The position numbers were made by a program, and so were the translations under genes. DNA of 53,032 bases from NCBI GenBank assembly GCA_964653695.1, contig CAZZFQ010000003.1, positions 1 through 53,032 of the forward strand, given 5' to 3'. Origin of the DNA: an uncultured Candidatus Bathyarchaeia archaeon (GTDB lineage: Archaea > Thermoproteota > Bathyarchaeia > 40CM-2-53-6 > JALHTG01). Of the stretch, positions 26,635-36,217 are shown piece after piece (within the stretch, counting starts at the first letter, position 1; the number at the start of each line of letters is the position of its first letter). The notes under the pieces are model-generated. The model ran no database searches. It saw only the letters and a program-made list of their open reading frames with translations, and had not been told where the DNA came from.

Positions 26635-27663
26635 GTGGTTATCTTGAAGGTGCTTGTCACCGGAGGAGCGGGATACATAGGCTCAACCTTGATCCCTGTA
26701 TTGCTTGACAAGGGGTACAAGGTCGTGTGCCTCGACAGACTGTTCTTCGGAAAAGAATCTCTAGCCGAAGCATCAGAAAACTCAAACTTCGAGCTGCAAA
26801 AGGACGATGTCAGGTGGTTCGACCCGAGAATTTTGAAGGACGTGGACACTGTCGTCGACCTTGCGGCGCTATCCAATGACCCAAGTGGGGAACTTGATCC
26901 GGCAAAGACGCTCGACATAAACTATCTCGGAAGGGTCAGGGTCGCCAGATTGAGTAAGGAGTATGGCGTCAGACGGTACATCTTGGCATCTTCCTGTAGC
27001 GTCTATGGTTTTCAGACGGAGATGCTTACTGAAGAATCCGCAGTAAACCCACTAACAACTTACGCGAAGGCCAACGTCATGGCTGAAAAAGACATCCTCC
27101 CTCTCGGAGATTCAGAATTCACAGTCACGGCGGTGAGGCTGGCAACCGTGTACGGCCTCTCGAGGAGAATGAGGTTCGACCTAGCAGTGAATGGCATAGT
27201 TCTTGGACTATACAAGACGGGAAAGATACAGGTGATGAGAGACGGAAGTCAGTGGAGGCCTTTCATTCACGTCAAAGACGTAGCGGTAGCCCTCACAAAA
27301 TTTGTCGAGAACTCACCTGACGAAGTAAACCGTCAGGTCTTCAACACAGGATCAGACGATCAGAACTACCAGATATACCCACTCGCCGAACTAATCGGAA
27401 GAGCTGTCAGAGCGCCTTTTAAGATCGAATGGTACGGAACCCCAGACAAAAGATCGTATAGAGTCAGTTTCAGAAAGATTAAGGAGAAGTTGAACTTCAC
27501 GCCGAGACTTACGCCGAGTGAGGCGGCAGAGGAAATCTACAACGCTTTGAAAGATGGTGGAATAACAGATTCCATGAGGGCAAGAACCGTAGACTGGTAC
27601 AAACATCTTCTGGACGCGGAAGCTACAGTGAGAGAGGTTATGTTCAGAAACACAGTGCTGTGA
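26635..27663 (+). CDS. NAD-dependent epimerase/dehydratase (extended SDR); start probably TTG 26644
   Basis: 'VLVTGGAGYIGS', 'ILASSCSVYG'. Atypical 'YAKAN' sits where YxxxK is expected. Confidence 0.8.
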   Translation: MVILKVLVTGGAGYIGSTLIPVLLDKGYKVVCLDRLFFGKESLAEASENSNFELQKDDVRWFDPRILKDVDTVVDLAALSNDPSGELDPAKTLDINYLGRVRVARLSKEYGVRRYILASSCSVYGFQTEMLTEESAVNPLTTYAKANVMAEKDILPLGDSEFTVTAVRLATVYGLSRRMRFDLAVNGIVLGLYKTGKIQVMRDGSQWRPFIHVKDVAVALTKFVENSPDEVNRQVFNTGSDDQNYQIYPLAELIGRAVRAPFKIEWYGTPDKRSYRVSFRKIKEKLNFTPRLTPSEAAEEIYNALKDGGITDSMRARTVDWYKHLLDAEATVREVMFRNTVL

Positions 27664-27675
27664 GGTCATAGTTGT

Positions 27676-28596
27676 ATGAGGGTGCTGGTCGTAGGAGGAG
27701 GAGGACAGCTAGGAACAAAGATAATAGAGGGAGGAAAAGGCCGCTTCGAGCTGTACGCCACCTACCAAACCAGAAAACCACCACTTGACAGTCCAGCCAT
27801 CTTTCAAGTCGACAAGACAAGCAGGGAGGGCCTGCTGACAGTCTTCAGGAAAGCAAAACCTGACGTTGCTGTTGATACAGCGGCACTTCACGATGTGGAT
27901 TACTGCGAAACTCACAAGGATGAAGCGTGGGAGGTGAATGTCCGAGGCACAAGGAATGTGGCGGAAGCATGCCAGAACCACGGCGCGAAGATGATTTTCA
28001 TATCAACCGACTATGTTTTCAACGGAAAGAAGGGAACCTACGTTGAAGATGACCAGCCAAATCCCATAAACTACTACGGACTGAGCAAACTGGAAGCGGA
28101 GAAGGCGGTGGCCAAAGTCTGCCGCAGTCACGTGATAGCAAGGCCATCCGTGATATACAGCTATGCATCCTCCAGTCAACGCGCTTCGTCCTCTGGGAAG
28201 CCACTCAACTTCGCAATGTGGCTGACGCAGAAACTGGCGTGCAACGAATCAGTGAAAGTCGTAATGGACCAGTACAGTTCTCCCACGCTTGCTGACAACT
28301 TGGCGGAAGCGGTATTGAGATTGGCTGAAAGCGATAGGACAGGAATATTTCATACAGCTGGCGGTACAAGGTTAAGTAGATTTGAGTTCGCATTGGAAAT
28401 TGCGCGAAAATTGGGATTCGACGAGAAGCTAGTCACACCCATAGAGACTAGTCAGCTGAAGCAGGTGGCGAAGAGACCGATGGACAGCTCGCTTAACGCT
28501 GGGAAAGTGAAAAAGCAGCTCGGCATAGAAATGTGGAAGATCGAAGATGCCTTGGAGTGGTTCAGGGAGCAGTTTCTGAAAGGTGCTCATGGATGA
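27676..28596 (+). CDS. rmlD: dTDP-4-dehydrorhamnose reductase (RmlD family)
   Basis: 'MRVLVVGGGGQLG', 'STDYVFNG', 'NYYGLSKLEAE' (YxxxK). ~300 aa, typical for RmlD. Confidence 0.75.
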   Translation: MRVLVVGGGGQLGTKIIEGGKGRFELYATYQTRKPPLDSPAIFQVDKTSREGLLTVFRKAKPDVAVDTAALHDVDYCETHKDEAWEVNVRGTRNVAEACQNHGAKMIFISTDYVFNGKKGTYVEDDQPNPINYYGLSKLEAEKAVAKVCRSHVIARPSVIYSYASSSQRASSSGKPLNFAMWLTQKLACNESVKVVMDQYSSPTLADNLAEAVLRLAESDRTGIFHTAGGTRLSRFEFALEIARKLGFDEKLVTPIETSQLKQVAKRPMDSSLNAGKVKKQLGIEMWKIEDALEWFREQFLKGAHG

Positions 28597-29663
28597 AAGG
28601 CTTACTTCTTGCTGGCGGGCACGGCACTAGGCTACGACCCTTAACCTTCACTGGCAACAAACATATGCTACCGATAGGAAACAAGCCGATGATCCTGTAT
28701 GGCCTTGAAGACTTGATCAAGGCGGGCATAAATGAGATAGGCGTCGTATTGGGCCCGATCAACGAGGATATTAAGGGCTTTCTGGGAGACGGCGCGAGAT
28801 TCGGTGTGAATATCACATACATCGATCAACCTGAACCCAAGGGCCTGGCACACGCCATAGCCATGTCTGAAGGCTTTCTTCGAGACGAACCTTTTGCAAT
28901 GTACCTTGGAGATAACCTGCTTAAGCAGGGAGCAGAGCCTCTGGTAAAGACCTTCGAGAGAGGCGAGGCTGATTGTATCATCGCGGTCACCCAGGTCAAA
29001 GATCCCAGCAGATATGGCATCGTAGTTTTCAACCAGGAAAAAAAGATTGAAACACTTGTGGAGAAACCGAAGCAATCAATAAGCAACTGGGCGCTGATAG
29101 GAGTCTACGTCTTCAATAGCAAGATATTCGAAGCGATCAAGAGGATCAAACCGTCTTGGCGAGGGGAGCTTGAGATAACGGACGCGATACAGGTCCTATT
29201 GAAGAGCGGAGGAAGAATTGATGTGCAATTCGCTCAAGGATGGTGGAAGGATACCGGTAGACCTGAAGACCTTCTTGAGGCTAATCAGTTGGTACTGCAA
29301 GAGCTTCAGCCTCTCAATGAGGGAGCAATTGAGGAAGGTGCAATGTTGACCGGAATTGTTAGGATCGGTAAGCACACAAAGATCAATAAGAGAACAACGA
29401 TAAGGGGTCCAGTGGTCATAGGCGAGCACTGTCAAATTGGTCCGAACACGTATGTTGGCTCATATACCTCAATAGGTAATGGCTCTACGATTAGAAATGC
29501 CGAGCTTGAGAATTCAATATTGATGGAAGGCGCGCACATAGACTGCGGGAAACGGATAGTAGACAGTTTGATAGGGAGGAACGTGACGGTGATATGTGCA
29601 GAGAACAGTGTGCCCCGAGGTGTCAAGCTTGTTCTTGGGGACATGGCTCACGTGCAAGTATGA
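28593..29663 (+). CDS. rmlA: Glucose-1-phosphate thymidylyltransferase, long form (nucleotidyltransferase + left-handed beta-helix)
   Basis: 'MKGLLLAGGHGTRLRPLT'. The C-terminal hexapeptide-like region is 'IGPNTYVGSYTSIGNGSTIRN'. ATGA overlap with rmlD. The ORF-track start 28533 is internal to rmlD. Confidence 0.8.
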   Translation: MKGLLLAGGHGTRLRPLTFTGNKHMLPIGNKPMILYGLEDLIKAGINEIGVVLGPINEDIKGFLGDGARFGVNITYIDQPEPKGLAHAIAMSEGFLRDEPFAMYLGDNLLKQGAEPLVKTFERGEADCIIAVTQVKDPSRYGIVVFNQEKKIETLVEKPKQSISNWALIGVYVFNSKIFEAIKRIKPSWRGELEITDAIQVLLKSGGRIDVQFAQGWWKDTGRPEDLLEANQLVLQELQPLNEGAIEEGAMLTGIVRIGKHTKINKRTTIRGPVVIGEHCQIGPNTYVGSYTSIGNGSTIRNAELENSILMEGAHIDCGKRIVDSLIGRNVTVICAENSVPRGVKLVLGDMAHVQV

Positions 29664-29728
29664 GAGTGAGTCAACACACATCATGCAGCAAATTATATTG
29701 TTCACCTAGAGCAGCGGTCCCTTGCTTC

Positions 29729-30796
29729 CTAAGTGATTTCTGCATTCTCAAGGAACCGGCGGAGTTGACTATGCTCAAAAAGAATGTCGAGTATGCGTCT
29801 CAAACGTTGGTGCTGAGCTGGCTGATGCCTACAGAGTCGTGGATACATTCTGGCTAGTACCTCACCTTCACCCACCGTTCTGTTTGCCTGAATCCAGACT
29901 CGTCGAGTGTAGGTGTCTCTGAAATTCAGTACATTCCACAGCATCGCGTTTACTACCGCAACGCTCTTCTTCGGTTCAAGTATCGCAAAGCCACCAGCTG
30001 CCAAGAAGCTAAACAGCAAACACCGTCCGAGAGCCCACCCAAGTGAAGGCCCACAATTCTTGAGTATCGACCTTAGAAAGTTCCTGTGGCAGTAGTACAG
30101 CTTCCTCTCATCTATAGTCTTGCTGTGAGCAGTGCCTGAGAAGTAATGGGCTACTCTTGCCTCGGGAGCGAACCTCACCTTATAGCCAAGGAGTCTGAGC
30201 CTCCACGAAAAGTCCGCATCCTCGACGTACATAAAGAACTTGCCGTCAAAGCGCCCCATCTTCTGAAACATCTTCCGGTTTATCAGTGCAGCGCCACCGC
30301 AAAAGGCAAAGGGTTCAAAGTCAGAATCGTATTGGCCTCGGTCCTGCACTTCTTTGCCGATATCAACGAATCCCCTCCAAAACGGAATTCCCATTCCGCC
30401 AACGGAATCCAAGTGTGAATGGTCGTCCATGGAAACCATCTTACAAGCAACAGCAATGGTTTTGGGATCTCTAGTTGCGACATCCACTAGCCGGCTGATC
30501 CATTGATTGTCTAAGACCTCCGTATCGGTATTTAGTAGCACGACAAAGTCGGCCTCAACTTTGTCTATGGCTCTGTTGTAAGCCTCTGGAAAGCCTAAAT
30601 TTCTCTCATAAGCGATGATCTTGACCGATGGAAAGCTTCCTCTAACATACTCAATCGACCCGTCTTGACTTCCATTATCGACCAAATAGACCTCTAGATT
30701 AGGGTAGTCGCTCTTGGCTACGCTCGAGAAGCAACGGAGAAGCCATATTCGCCCATTGTGGTTGATTACAATGACTGCGACCTTTGGCTTTTTCAA
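29729..30796 (-). CDS. Family 2 glycosyltransferase (rhamnosyltransferase-like)
   Basis: 'VAVIVINHNG', 'YLVDNGSQDGS', 'VLLNTDTEV', 'FCGGAALI..KMF'. Confidence 0.8.
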   Translation of the reverse strand: MKKPKVAVIVINHNGRIWLLRCFSSVAKSDYPNLEVYLVDNGSQDGSIEYVRGSFPSVKIIAYERNLGFPEAYNRAIDKVEADFVVLLNTDTEVLDNQWISRLVDVATRDPKTIAVACKMVSMDDHSHLDSVGGMGIPFWRGFVDIGKEVQDRGQYDSDFEPFAFCGGAALINRKMFQKMGRFDGKFFMYVEDADFSWRLRLLGYKVRFAPEARVAHYFSGTAHSKTIDERKLYYCHRNFLRSILKNCGPSLGWALGRCLLFSFLAAGGFAILEPKKSVAVVNAMLWNVLNFRDTYTRRVWIQANRTVGEGEVLARMYPRLCRHQPAQHQRLRRILDILFEHSQLRRFLENAEIT

Positions 30797-31158
30797 TTGA
30801 ACCGATCTCTGACCATTTCATATGTTGACTAGGCAGAGATGTGAGGCCTTTTCAGCGAAGTTTGCGCAACCTGCGTCGCGTTTACAAGAACTGAAGACGC
30901 GCATTATTAAACTATCGGGAAAGTTTATTGGAAACAAGTGGACGACACAGAAGGTGTCTCGTGAAATGATCACGACAAGCAGAACGCCAGAATTGTGGTA
31001 GAAGGAAACGTTAAGAGGAATCTCTGTGGAGACATGAGATCTACGACCCGAATATTGGAAGGTAGCTCGTGTGAAGAGAGTTTATCAGAAACCTTACCTG
31101 CAAGGAATCTGAACCCAGGTAGGTTCAAATCAGAGATTCAGTTAGATGTGAGAACTGC

Positions 31159-31914
31159 ATGTTTGAATATCGGGACATGATCTGGATCCTCGTCAAGAAA
31201 GACTTCAAGATCAGATACAGAAACTCAGCTCTGGGATTCGTGTGGTCTCTGCTTAACCCGCTCTCAACTATGGTGATACTCACAGTAGTCTTCTCACTTC
31301 TACTCAGGTCAGACATCAAGAATTTTCCCATATTCCTCTTGGCAGCGCTTCTACCCTGGCGCTTCTTCCAAATAGGCACGATGCAGGCCACAGGAAGCAT
31401 TGTCGGCAATCCTTCCCTCATCAAGAAGATATACCTTCCTAGGCACATACTCGTTCTAGCGAACAATTTGGCAAGTTTTGTCTCTTTCCTTATGGAGTTC
31501 GCTTCTCTTGTGCCGATCATGATTGTTCTTGGAATGAACGTAACTCCCTATGCTCTTCTCCTCCCATTGGTCATGATCATCGAATTCATAATGGTCCTAG
31601 GAATATCCCTAAGTCTCGCAGCGCTCAATGTGTTCTACCGAGACTTCTACCAGATATGGGAGATAGTGCTCCAGCTGGGCTTCTTCCTCTCCCCGGTCTT
31701 CTATGATCCAAACATAATCCCGGAACGATATCGATTCTACTATTCTCTCAATCCCGTGACCAGAATAGTCGACTCCACAAGAAAGATTCTCTTCTACGAT
31801 GTTCCGCCGACGGCTTTCGATCTCGCTGTCCCGCTTCTCATCGGCCTCATGCTCTTTGCGATTGGATGCATCATATTTCGCAGACTGGAGCCGAAGTTCG
31901 CTGAGGTAGCCTAG
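31159..31914 (+). CDS. ABC-2 type polysaccharide exporter permease (Wzm/TagG-like)
   Basis: 'KDFKIRYRNSALGFVWSLLNP' plus six hydrophobic segments. Confidence 0.8.
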   Translation: MFEYRDMIWILVKKDFKIRYRNSALGFVWSLLNPLSTMVILTVVFSLLLRSDIKNFPIFLLAALLPWRFFQIGTMQATGSIVGNPSLIKKIYLPRHILVLANNLASFVSFLMEFASLVPIMIVLGMNVTPYALLLPLVMIIEFIMVLGISLSLAALNVFYRDFYQIWEIVLQLGFFLSPVFYDPNIIPERYRFYYSLNPVTRIVDSTRKILFYDVPPTAFDLAVPLLIGLMLFAIGCIIFRRLEPKFAEVA

Positions 31915-31916
31915 CG

Positions 31917-32705
31917 TTGAGCGTTATAGAAGTGGAAGATGTTTGGAAGAGATTCCTAATTCCTCACGAAAGAAGAACCACAGTGCTAGAAACCATAGCC
32001 GGTGCCTTGGCCCTCTTCGGCGGGAGAAGATCGACATTCGAAGAGTTTTGGGCATTGAGAAACATCACTTTCAATGTGACTAAAGGAAGATCGATAGGCA
32101 TCATAGGTGAAAATGGTAGCGGAAAAACAACCCTTCTTCGTCTGATAGCTCGAGTCATGACGCCAGACCAAGGAAGAATAGCCGTCACAGGGAGAATTGC
32201 GCCGATGCTAGAGCTAGGCTTAGGATTTCACCCAGAACTCACGGTCAAAGAGAACGTCGTCGTCTTCGGAGCCATCATGGGGCTACAGAGAGAGAAGCTA
32301 AGAAAGCAGATAGGATCAATCATCAAGTTCTCAGAACTGAAGAGGTTCGAAGACGCCCCATTGAAAACATTGTCATCCGGCATGCAGATGAGGCTCGCAT
32401 TCTCAGTCGCAGTCGAAACCGATGCAGACATAATCCTTGTAGACGAAGCCTTAGCAGTAGGTGACATGGAATTTCGAAGGAAATGCTTGAGCAAATTCAA
32501 AGAGTTCAAAAACGAAGGAAGAACGATAGCCCTAGTCTCTCATGACTTGAACCTAGTCACTGAATTCTGCGAAGACGCGCTCCTCCTCTCTCAGGGGGAA
32601 CTCGTGGCCAAGGGAAACGCAAGCCATGTTGTTCAAGAATACATAAACGAGACCGAGTCTCAATCAGCCTCCGCTCCAACCGTCAATCAGGTGATCGACA
32701 GCTGA
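31917..32705 (+). CDS. ABC transporter ATP-binding protein (Wzt/TagH-like, no C-terminal glycan-binding domain)
   Basis: Walker A 'GENGSGKTT', signature 'LSSGMQMRL', Walker B 'IILVDEAL'. TTG start. Confidence 0.85.
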   Translation: MSVIEVEDVWKRFLIPHERRTTVLETIAGALALFGGRRSTFEEFWALRNITFNVTKGRSIGIIGENGSGKTTLLRLIARVMTPDQGRIAVTGRIAPMLELGLGFHPELTVKENVVVFGAIMGLQREKLRKQIGSIIKFSELKRFEDAPLKTLSSGMQMRLAFSVAVETDADIILVDEALAVGDMEFRRKCLSKFKEFKNEGRTIALVSHDLNLVTEFCEDALLLSQGELVAKGNASHVVQEYINETESQSASAPTVNQVIDS

Positions 32706-32754
32706 GATAGTTCTATTTCCGTTCCCTTTGATATGGCAACTCTTACCTACATCT

Positions 32755-33945
32755 ATGATGAGGCTCTCTGAGCCTGTTGACGGTGAAGACGCTTTGAGGG
32801 TATGCTTGGTCAACTCCTTCTTCCCTCCGTGGAGGGGCGGCGCAGAAACCTACACCTATAATCTGGCAAGACAACTCTCATTACGAGGACACGATATCGA
32901 AGTCGTCTGTGCCTCCCCCCCTCGTAAACCGGGAAGCTACAACATTGGACGGATCAAACTAACTTGCCTAGCTGTGACCACTTGGCTCTACGGTACACCT
33001 ATTGTGGCGGGTCTTCCGCTAGAAGTTCTTCGAACCGAGGCTGACCTCATTCACGCAGGTTTCCCCAGCCCTTACAACGCTTTCTCTGCGTCTCTGGCCT
33101 ATACTCTCAAAGGAACTCCCCTCATTTTAACATGGCACAATGATCTGCCACCAGCCACAACCGCTGCAAAAGTGCTGGTACACATGCATGACAAACTTGT
33201 CTTGCCAACCTACATTCGAGCCTTCAAGAGGATAATCTCAACCTCTAGAAAATACGCCAAATCATCCCGAATCCTCAAGAAATACATAAAGAAGGTCAGA
33301 ATTGTTCCGAATGGGGTTGACTGCGAGGTGTTCCGTCCAGACATCGACCCAAGTTGGATAAGGAAAAAGCTGAACCTGCGCGATGATAAGACTATCCTCT
33401 TTGTCGGAGCCTTGTCCAAGTGGCATAGCTATAAGGGCCTGGACGTTCTCATCAATGCATTCGCACTAGCCAACAAGTTGTGCAGAGACATCGTCCTAAT
33501 AGTCATAGGCGACGGAAGCCTCAAGCCTATCTATCAGAGGCTGGCCTCAGAACTAAACCTAGCAGAGAAGGTTGTGTTCGTAGGAAACATATCGGACCAA
33601 GATCTTCCATTGTACTACGCCGCATCCGATCTACTCGTTCTCCCCAGCAAAGACAGATCTGAGGGCTTCGGCCTCACAATCCTAGAGGCAAATGCATGTG
33701 GAAAACCTGCCATCGGCTCAAACGTAGGAGGAATACCTGACGCGATCCATGACGAATCTAACGGTCTACTGGTTCCTCCAAACAATCCCGAAGCCCTCTC
33801 CTCTGCCATAATACGTCTTGTTGAGAACGACTCTGTTAGGAGTGAATTGGGAAGAAACGGTCGGACTTTCGCTGAAGCACACAGTTGGTCAAGAGTCGCA
33901 GAGGCAACAGAAAGGATCTATGATGAGGTTGCGAGACAACGCTAA
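32755..33945 (+). CDS. Family 4 (GT-B) glycosyltransferase
   Basis: EX7E motif 'EGFGLTILEANACGKP'. 'GGAETY' near the N-terminus. Start taken at ATGATG 32755 (ORF-track start is 32728). Confidence 0.8.
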   Translation: MMRLSEPVDGEDALRVCLVNSFFPPWRGGAETYTYNLARQLSLRGHDIEVVCASPPRKPGSYNIGRIKLTCLAVTTWLYGTPIVAGLPLEVLRTEADLIHAGFPSPYNAFSASLAYTLKGTPLILTWHNDLPPATTAAKVLVHMHDKLVLPTYIRAFKRIISTSRKYAKSSRILKKYIKKVRIVPNGVDCEVFRPDIDPSWIRKKLNLRDDKTILFVGALSKWHSYKGLDVLINAFALANKLCRDIVLIVIGDGSLKPIYQRLASELNLAEKVVFVGNISDQDLPLYYAASDLLVLPSKDRSEGFGLTILEANACGKPAIGSNVGGIPDAIHDESNGLLVPPNNPEALSSAIIRLVENDSVRSELGRNGRTFAEAHSWSRVAEATERIYDEVARQR

Positions 33946-34045
33946 GCTCGGCACACGTCTTATCTGCATTAGATGATTCAAGCGGCTTGGCGGCAGTTCG
34001 AGAAACCATTCGATCAGCAGAGATGATTACATAGGTTGAGGCTCC

Positions 34046-34738
34046 TCAACACAGCTGAGTGGGATCTGTCAAGAAGCGAAAATCTCTATGGTTCCTCAGC
34101 AAGAGATCCTTCAGTCTCAACTCCTTGGAGAATTGGCTATGAGATTCCTTGAGCTGTACCTCCAGAACCGTTCCGTAGTTGGGATTTTTCACAAGTCTAC
34201 GTCCTTTCAATTCATAGTAGGCCGCCCCCTTTCTTCTGCGCCAGAGTTCGTACTCAGATGTACATTCTTTCGATATCAGGTTCCCAGTCGCAAGAAGTTC
34301 ATCACCCGGGTTGATAAGTACATGTCCATAGTTTGGAGGAACAATCACTTTGTCACCAACATGCCCTTCAATTAGGCTTACGTCGATAATCCTATCATGC
34401 TCGGCTCTCTGAATGAGAACGTGTATGGTCCCTTGTAAGACCTCGTAGATCTCCGCATATGTCACACCTCCAGGTCCCATGGAATGGTTGTGGCCATAGG
34501 TCTTGGGGCATTCCTGACCCAATCCTACAGGGGGGATCAAGGTGACATCATATCTCAATTCAATTAATGATGAGTCGTAGCTCGGCCGATCGAACGGTAT
34601 ATCCCTATGCACGTAGTAGACAGGTTGAGACGGGTTCGCCAACACAGCAAACCTCCCGTCGTAAAGAACGTCTCGCATCTCACCTAACCTCCGCACCTGA
34701 GAAGGTACTCCTTCAACCTCCTTAATCGACCATTTCAA
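34046..34738 (-). CDS. Cupin-type glucose-6-phosphate isomerase (archaeal cPGI-like)
   Basis: 'TYGHNHS', 'AEIYEVLQG', 'VIVPPNYGHVLINPGDE' and 'VKNPNY' parallel the Pyrococcus PGI motifs TKGHFH / AEVYVALKG / VYVPPYWAHRTVNIGDE / VDNPRW as I recall them. Confidence 0.65.
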   Translation of the reverse strand: MKWSIKEVEGVPSQVRRLGEMRDVLYDGRFAVLANPSQPVYYVHRDIPFDRPSYDSSLIELRYDVTLIPPVGLGQECPKTYGHNHSMGPGGVTYAEIYEVLQGTIHVLIQRAEHDRIIDVSLIEGHVGDKVIVPPNYGHVLINPGDELLATGNLISKECTSEYELWRRRKGAAYYELKGRRLVKNPNYGTVLEVQLKESHSQFSKELRLKDLLLRNHRDFRFLTDPTQLC

Positions 34739-35013
34739 CCGTCCGCACCTGCTGTCAGTTTCTCTCTTCTTCGCCTCATCTACTTTGGTATCTCATGGAG
34801 CTTATCTATCATATCTGCAATGGGAAGGTTGCCCTCAACGTCTAGAAAGAGTTTTCCCTCCATCGCCTATATATCCAACAGCTGCGGATCGCTGGATGTT
34901 AACTGTGATGTATTTCAAAGAGAAGGGAAAATCTTGAGGAAATCTGGAGACCTCGCCCAAGAGGATCTTGCTAATCTGTATGCACAGCTCGTGTGACGGA
35001 TGGGAGAGATTCA

Positions 35014-35712
35014 ATGCGAGTAGTGTGCATAATACCGGCTTTCAATGAGGAGACCACAATAGGTCGAATAGTTTCAGAAGCCTTCAAACACTGCGACATG
35101 GTTCTTGTTGTCGATGACGATAGTCAGGACCACACAGTCGAGCTTTCTCGTAAAGCCGGCGCCACAGTAATCAGACATGTGTTACGTCTGGGGACAGGAG
35201 GCGCCCTTTCAACAGGTTTCAGGGCGGCTCTTAAAGCAGATTTCGAGGCTTTTGTAACCATGGACGGCGATGGTCAGCACAACCCAAACGAAATACCCGT
35301 TGTTCTAGACCCAATATTGAAACATGAAGCAGACATTGTCATTGGCTCTAGGCTCCTGAAACAATCAGAATCTATGCCACTTTTCAAGAGGATTGCGAAC
35401 AGGATTCTCTCGATCGTCACATCCTTCGCCTCAGGAACAAAGATCACCGATTCGCAGTCAGGCTTCAGAGTCTATCGGAGAAAGGTTTTGGAATACGCCA
35501 TACACGGAGCGTGGGATTATCGTTGGGCATCTGAAATTTTGGTGCAGGCCGCGAAAGCAGACTTTCGGATCAAGGAGGCTCCAATAACGGCAATATATCT
35601 TCCCAAACGGCAGAGAGGCGCAGGCGTAAAGGACGGACTCAAAATCCTGCATTCGATGATAAAGCGCCCTGAGAACCCACAAGCTTCTTGCAAAGCAAAA
35701 CCTAAAGCCTGA
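35014..35712 (+). CDS. Family 2 glycosyltransferase, dolichyl-phosphate sugar synthase-like
   Basis: 'VVCIIPAFNEE', 'VLVVDDDSQDHT', 'MDGDGQH', 'DSQSGFR'. Confidence 0.8.
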   Translation: MRVVCIIPAFNEETTIGRIVSEAFKHCDMVLVVDDDSQDHTVELSRKAGATVIRHVLRLGTGGALSTGFRAALKADFEAFVTMDGDGQHNPNEIPVVLDPILKHEADIVIGSRLLKQSESMPLFKRIANRILSIVTSFASGTKITDSQSGFRVYRRKVLEYAIHGAWDYRWASEILVQAAKADFRIKEAPITAIYLPKRQRGAGVKDGLKILHSMIKRPENPQASCKAKPKA

Positions 35713-35744
35713 GTTCCAGATGCAACAAAGGTGGTGAGGACGGG

Positions 35745-36113
35745 TTGGAGCTGTACGCGATCGCCGCAACAGGTCTTGGTGCAGTTATGCTTCTGCTCAC
35801 AGTTCGAGAACTCGTACGGAGAAAGAAAGGCCTTCTCCAATACTCACTGTGGGCGATGCTGTGGCTTGCTGTGATCCTTGTAGGAACTGTTCCTCAGTTC
35901 TACTTTGCCCTTCTTTTCGCGACACAGGCACTTGGAATGTATACGCCGATTCACTTTGTTACCACCTTCTCAATCCTCATCATCTTCGCAACAATGTACC
36001 TCCTCGTGAAACGAGTCGCAGAACTCAACGAAAGGGTGAACAGAGTGGTTCAATATATGGCCGTCAACAACGTCGACGACAACATCTCAGATTCAAGGCG
36101 ACGAAAGGAATGA
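35745..36113 (+). CDS. Small membrane protein, DUF2304-like
   Basis: 122 aa with 3-4 hydrophobic helices, directly after the GT2, an arrangement I recall for DUF2304. TTG start. Confidence 0.45.
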   Translation: MELYAIAATGLGAVMLLLTVRELVRRKKGLLQYSLWAMLWLAVILVGTVPQFYFALLFATQALGMYTPIHFVTTFSILIIFATMYLLVKRVAELNERVNRVVQYMAVNNVDDNISDSRRRKE

Positions 36114-36217
36114 TAACCAGGCCCAGCTTTTTCGAGGCAAACTAAACAACTGGACCTGTGCAATCAGACGGCCTGACAAGGTATACATCGAGTTTCAACT
36201 AGCCTAGTCGCTGTGTC

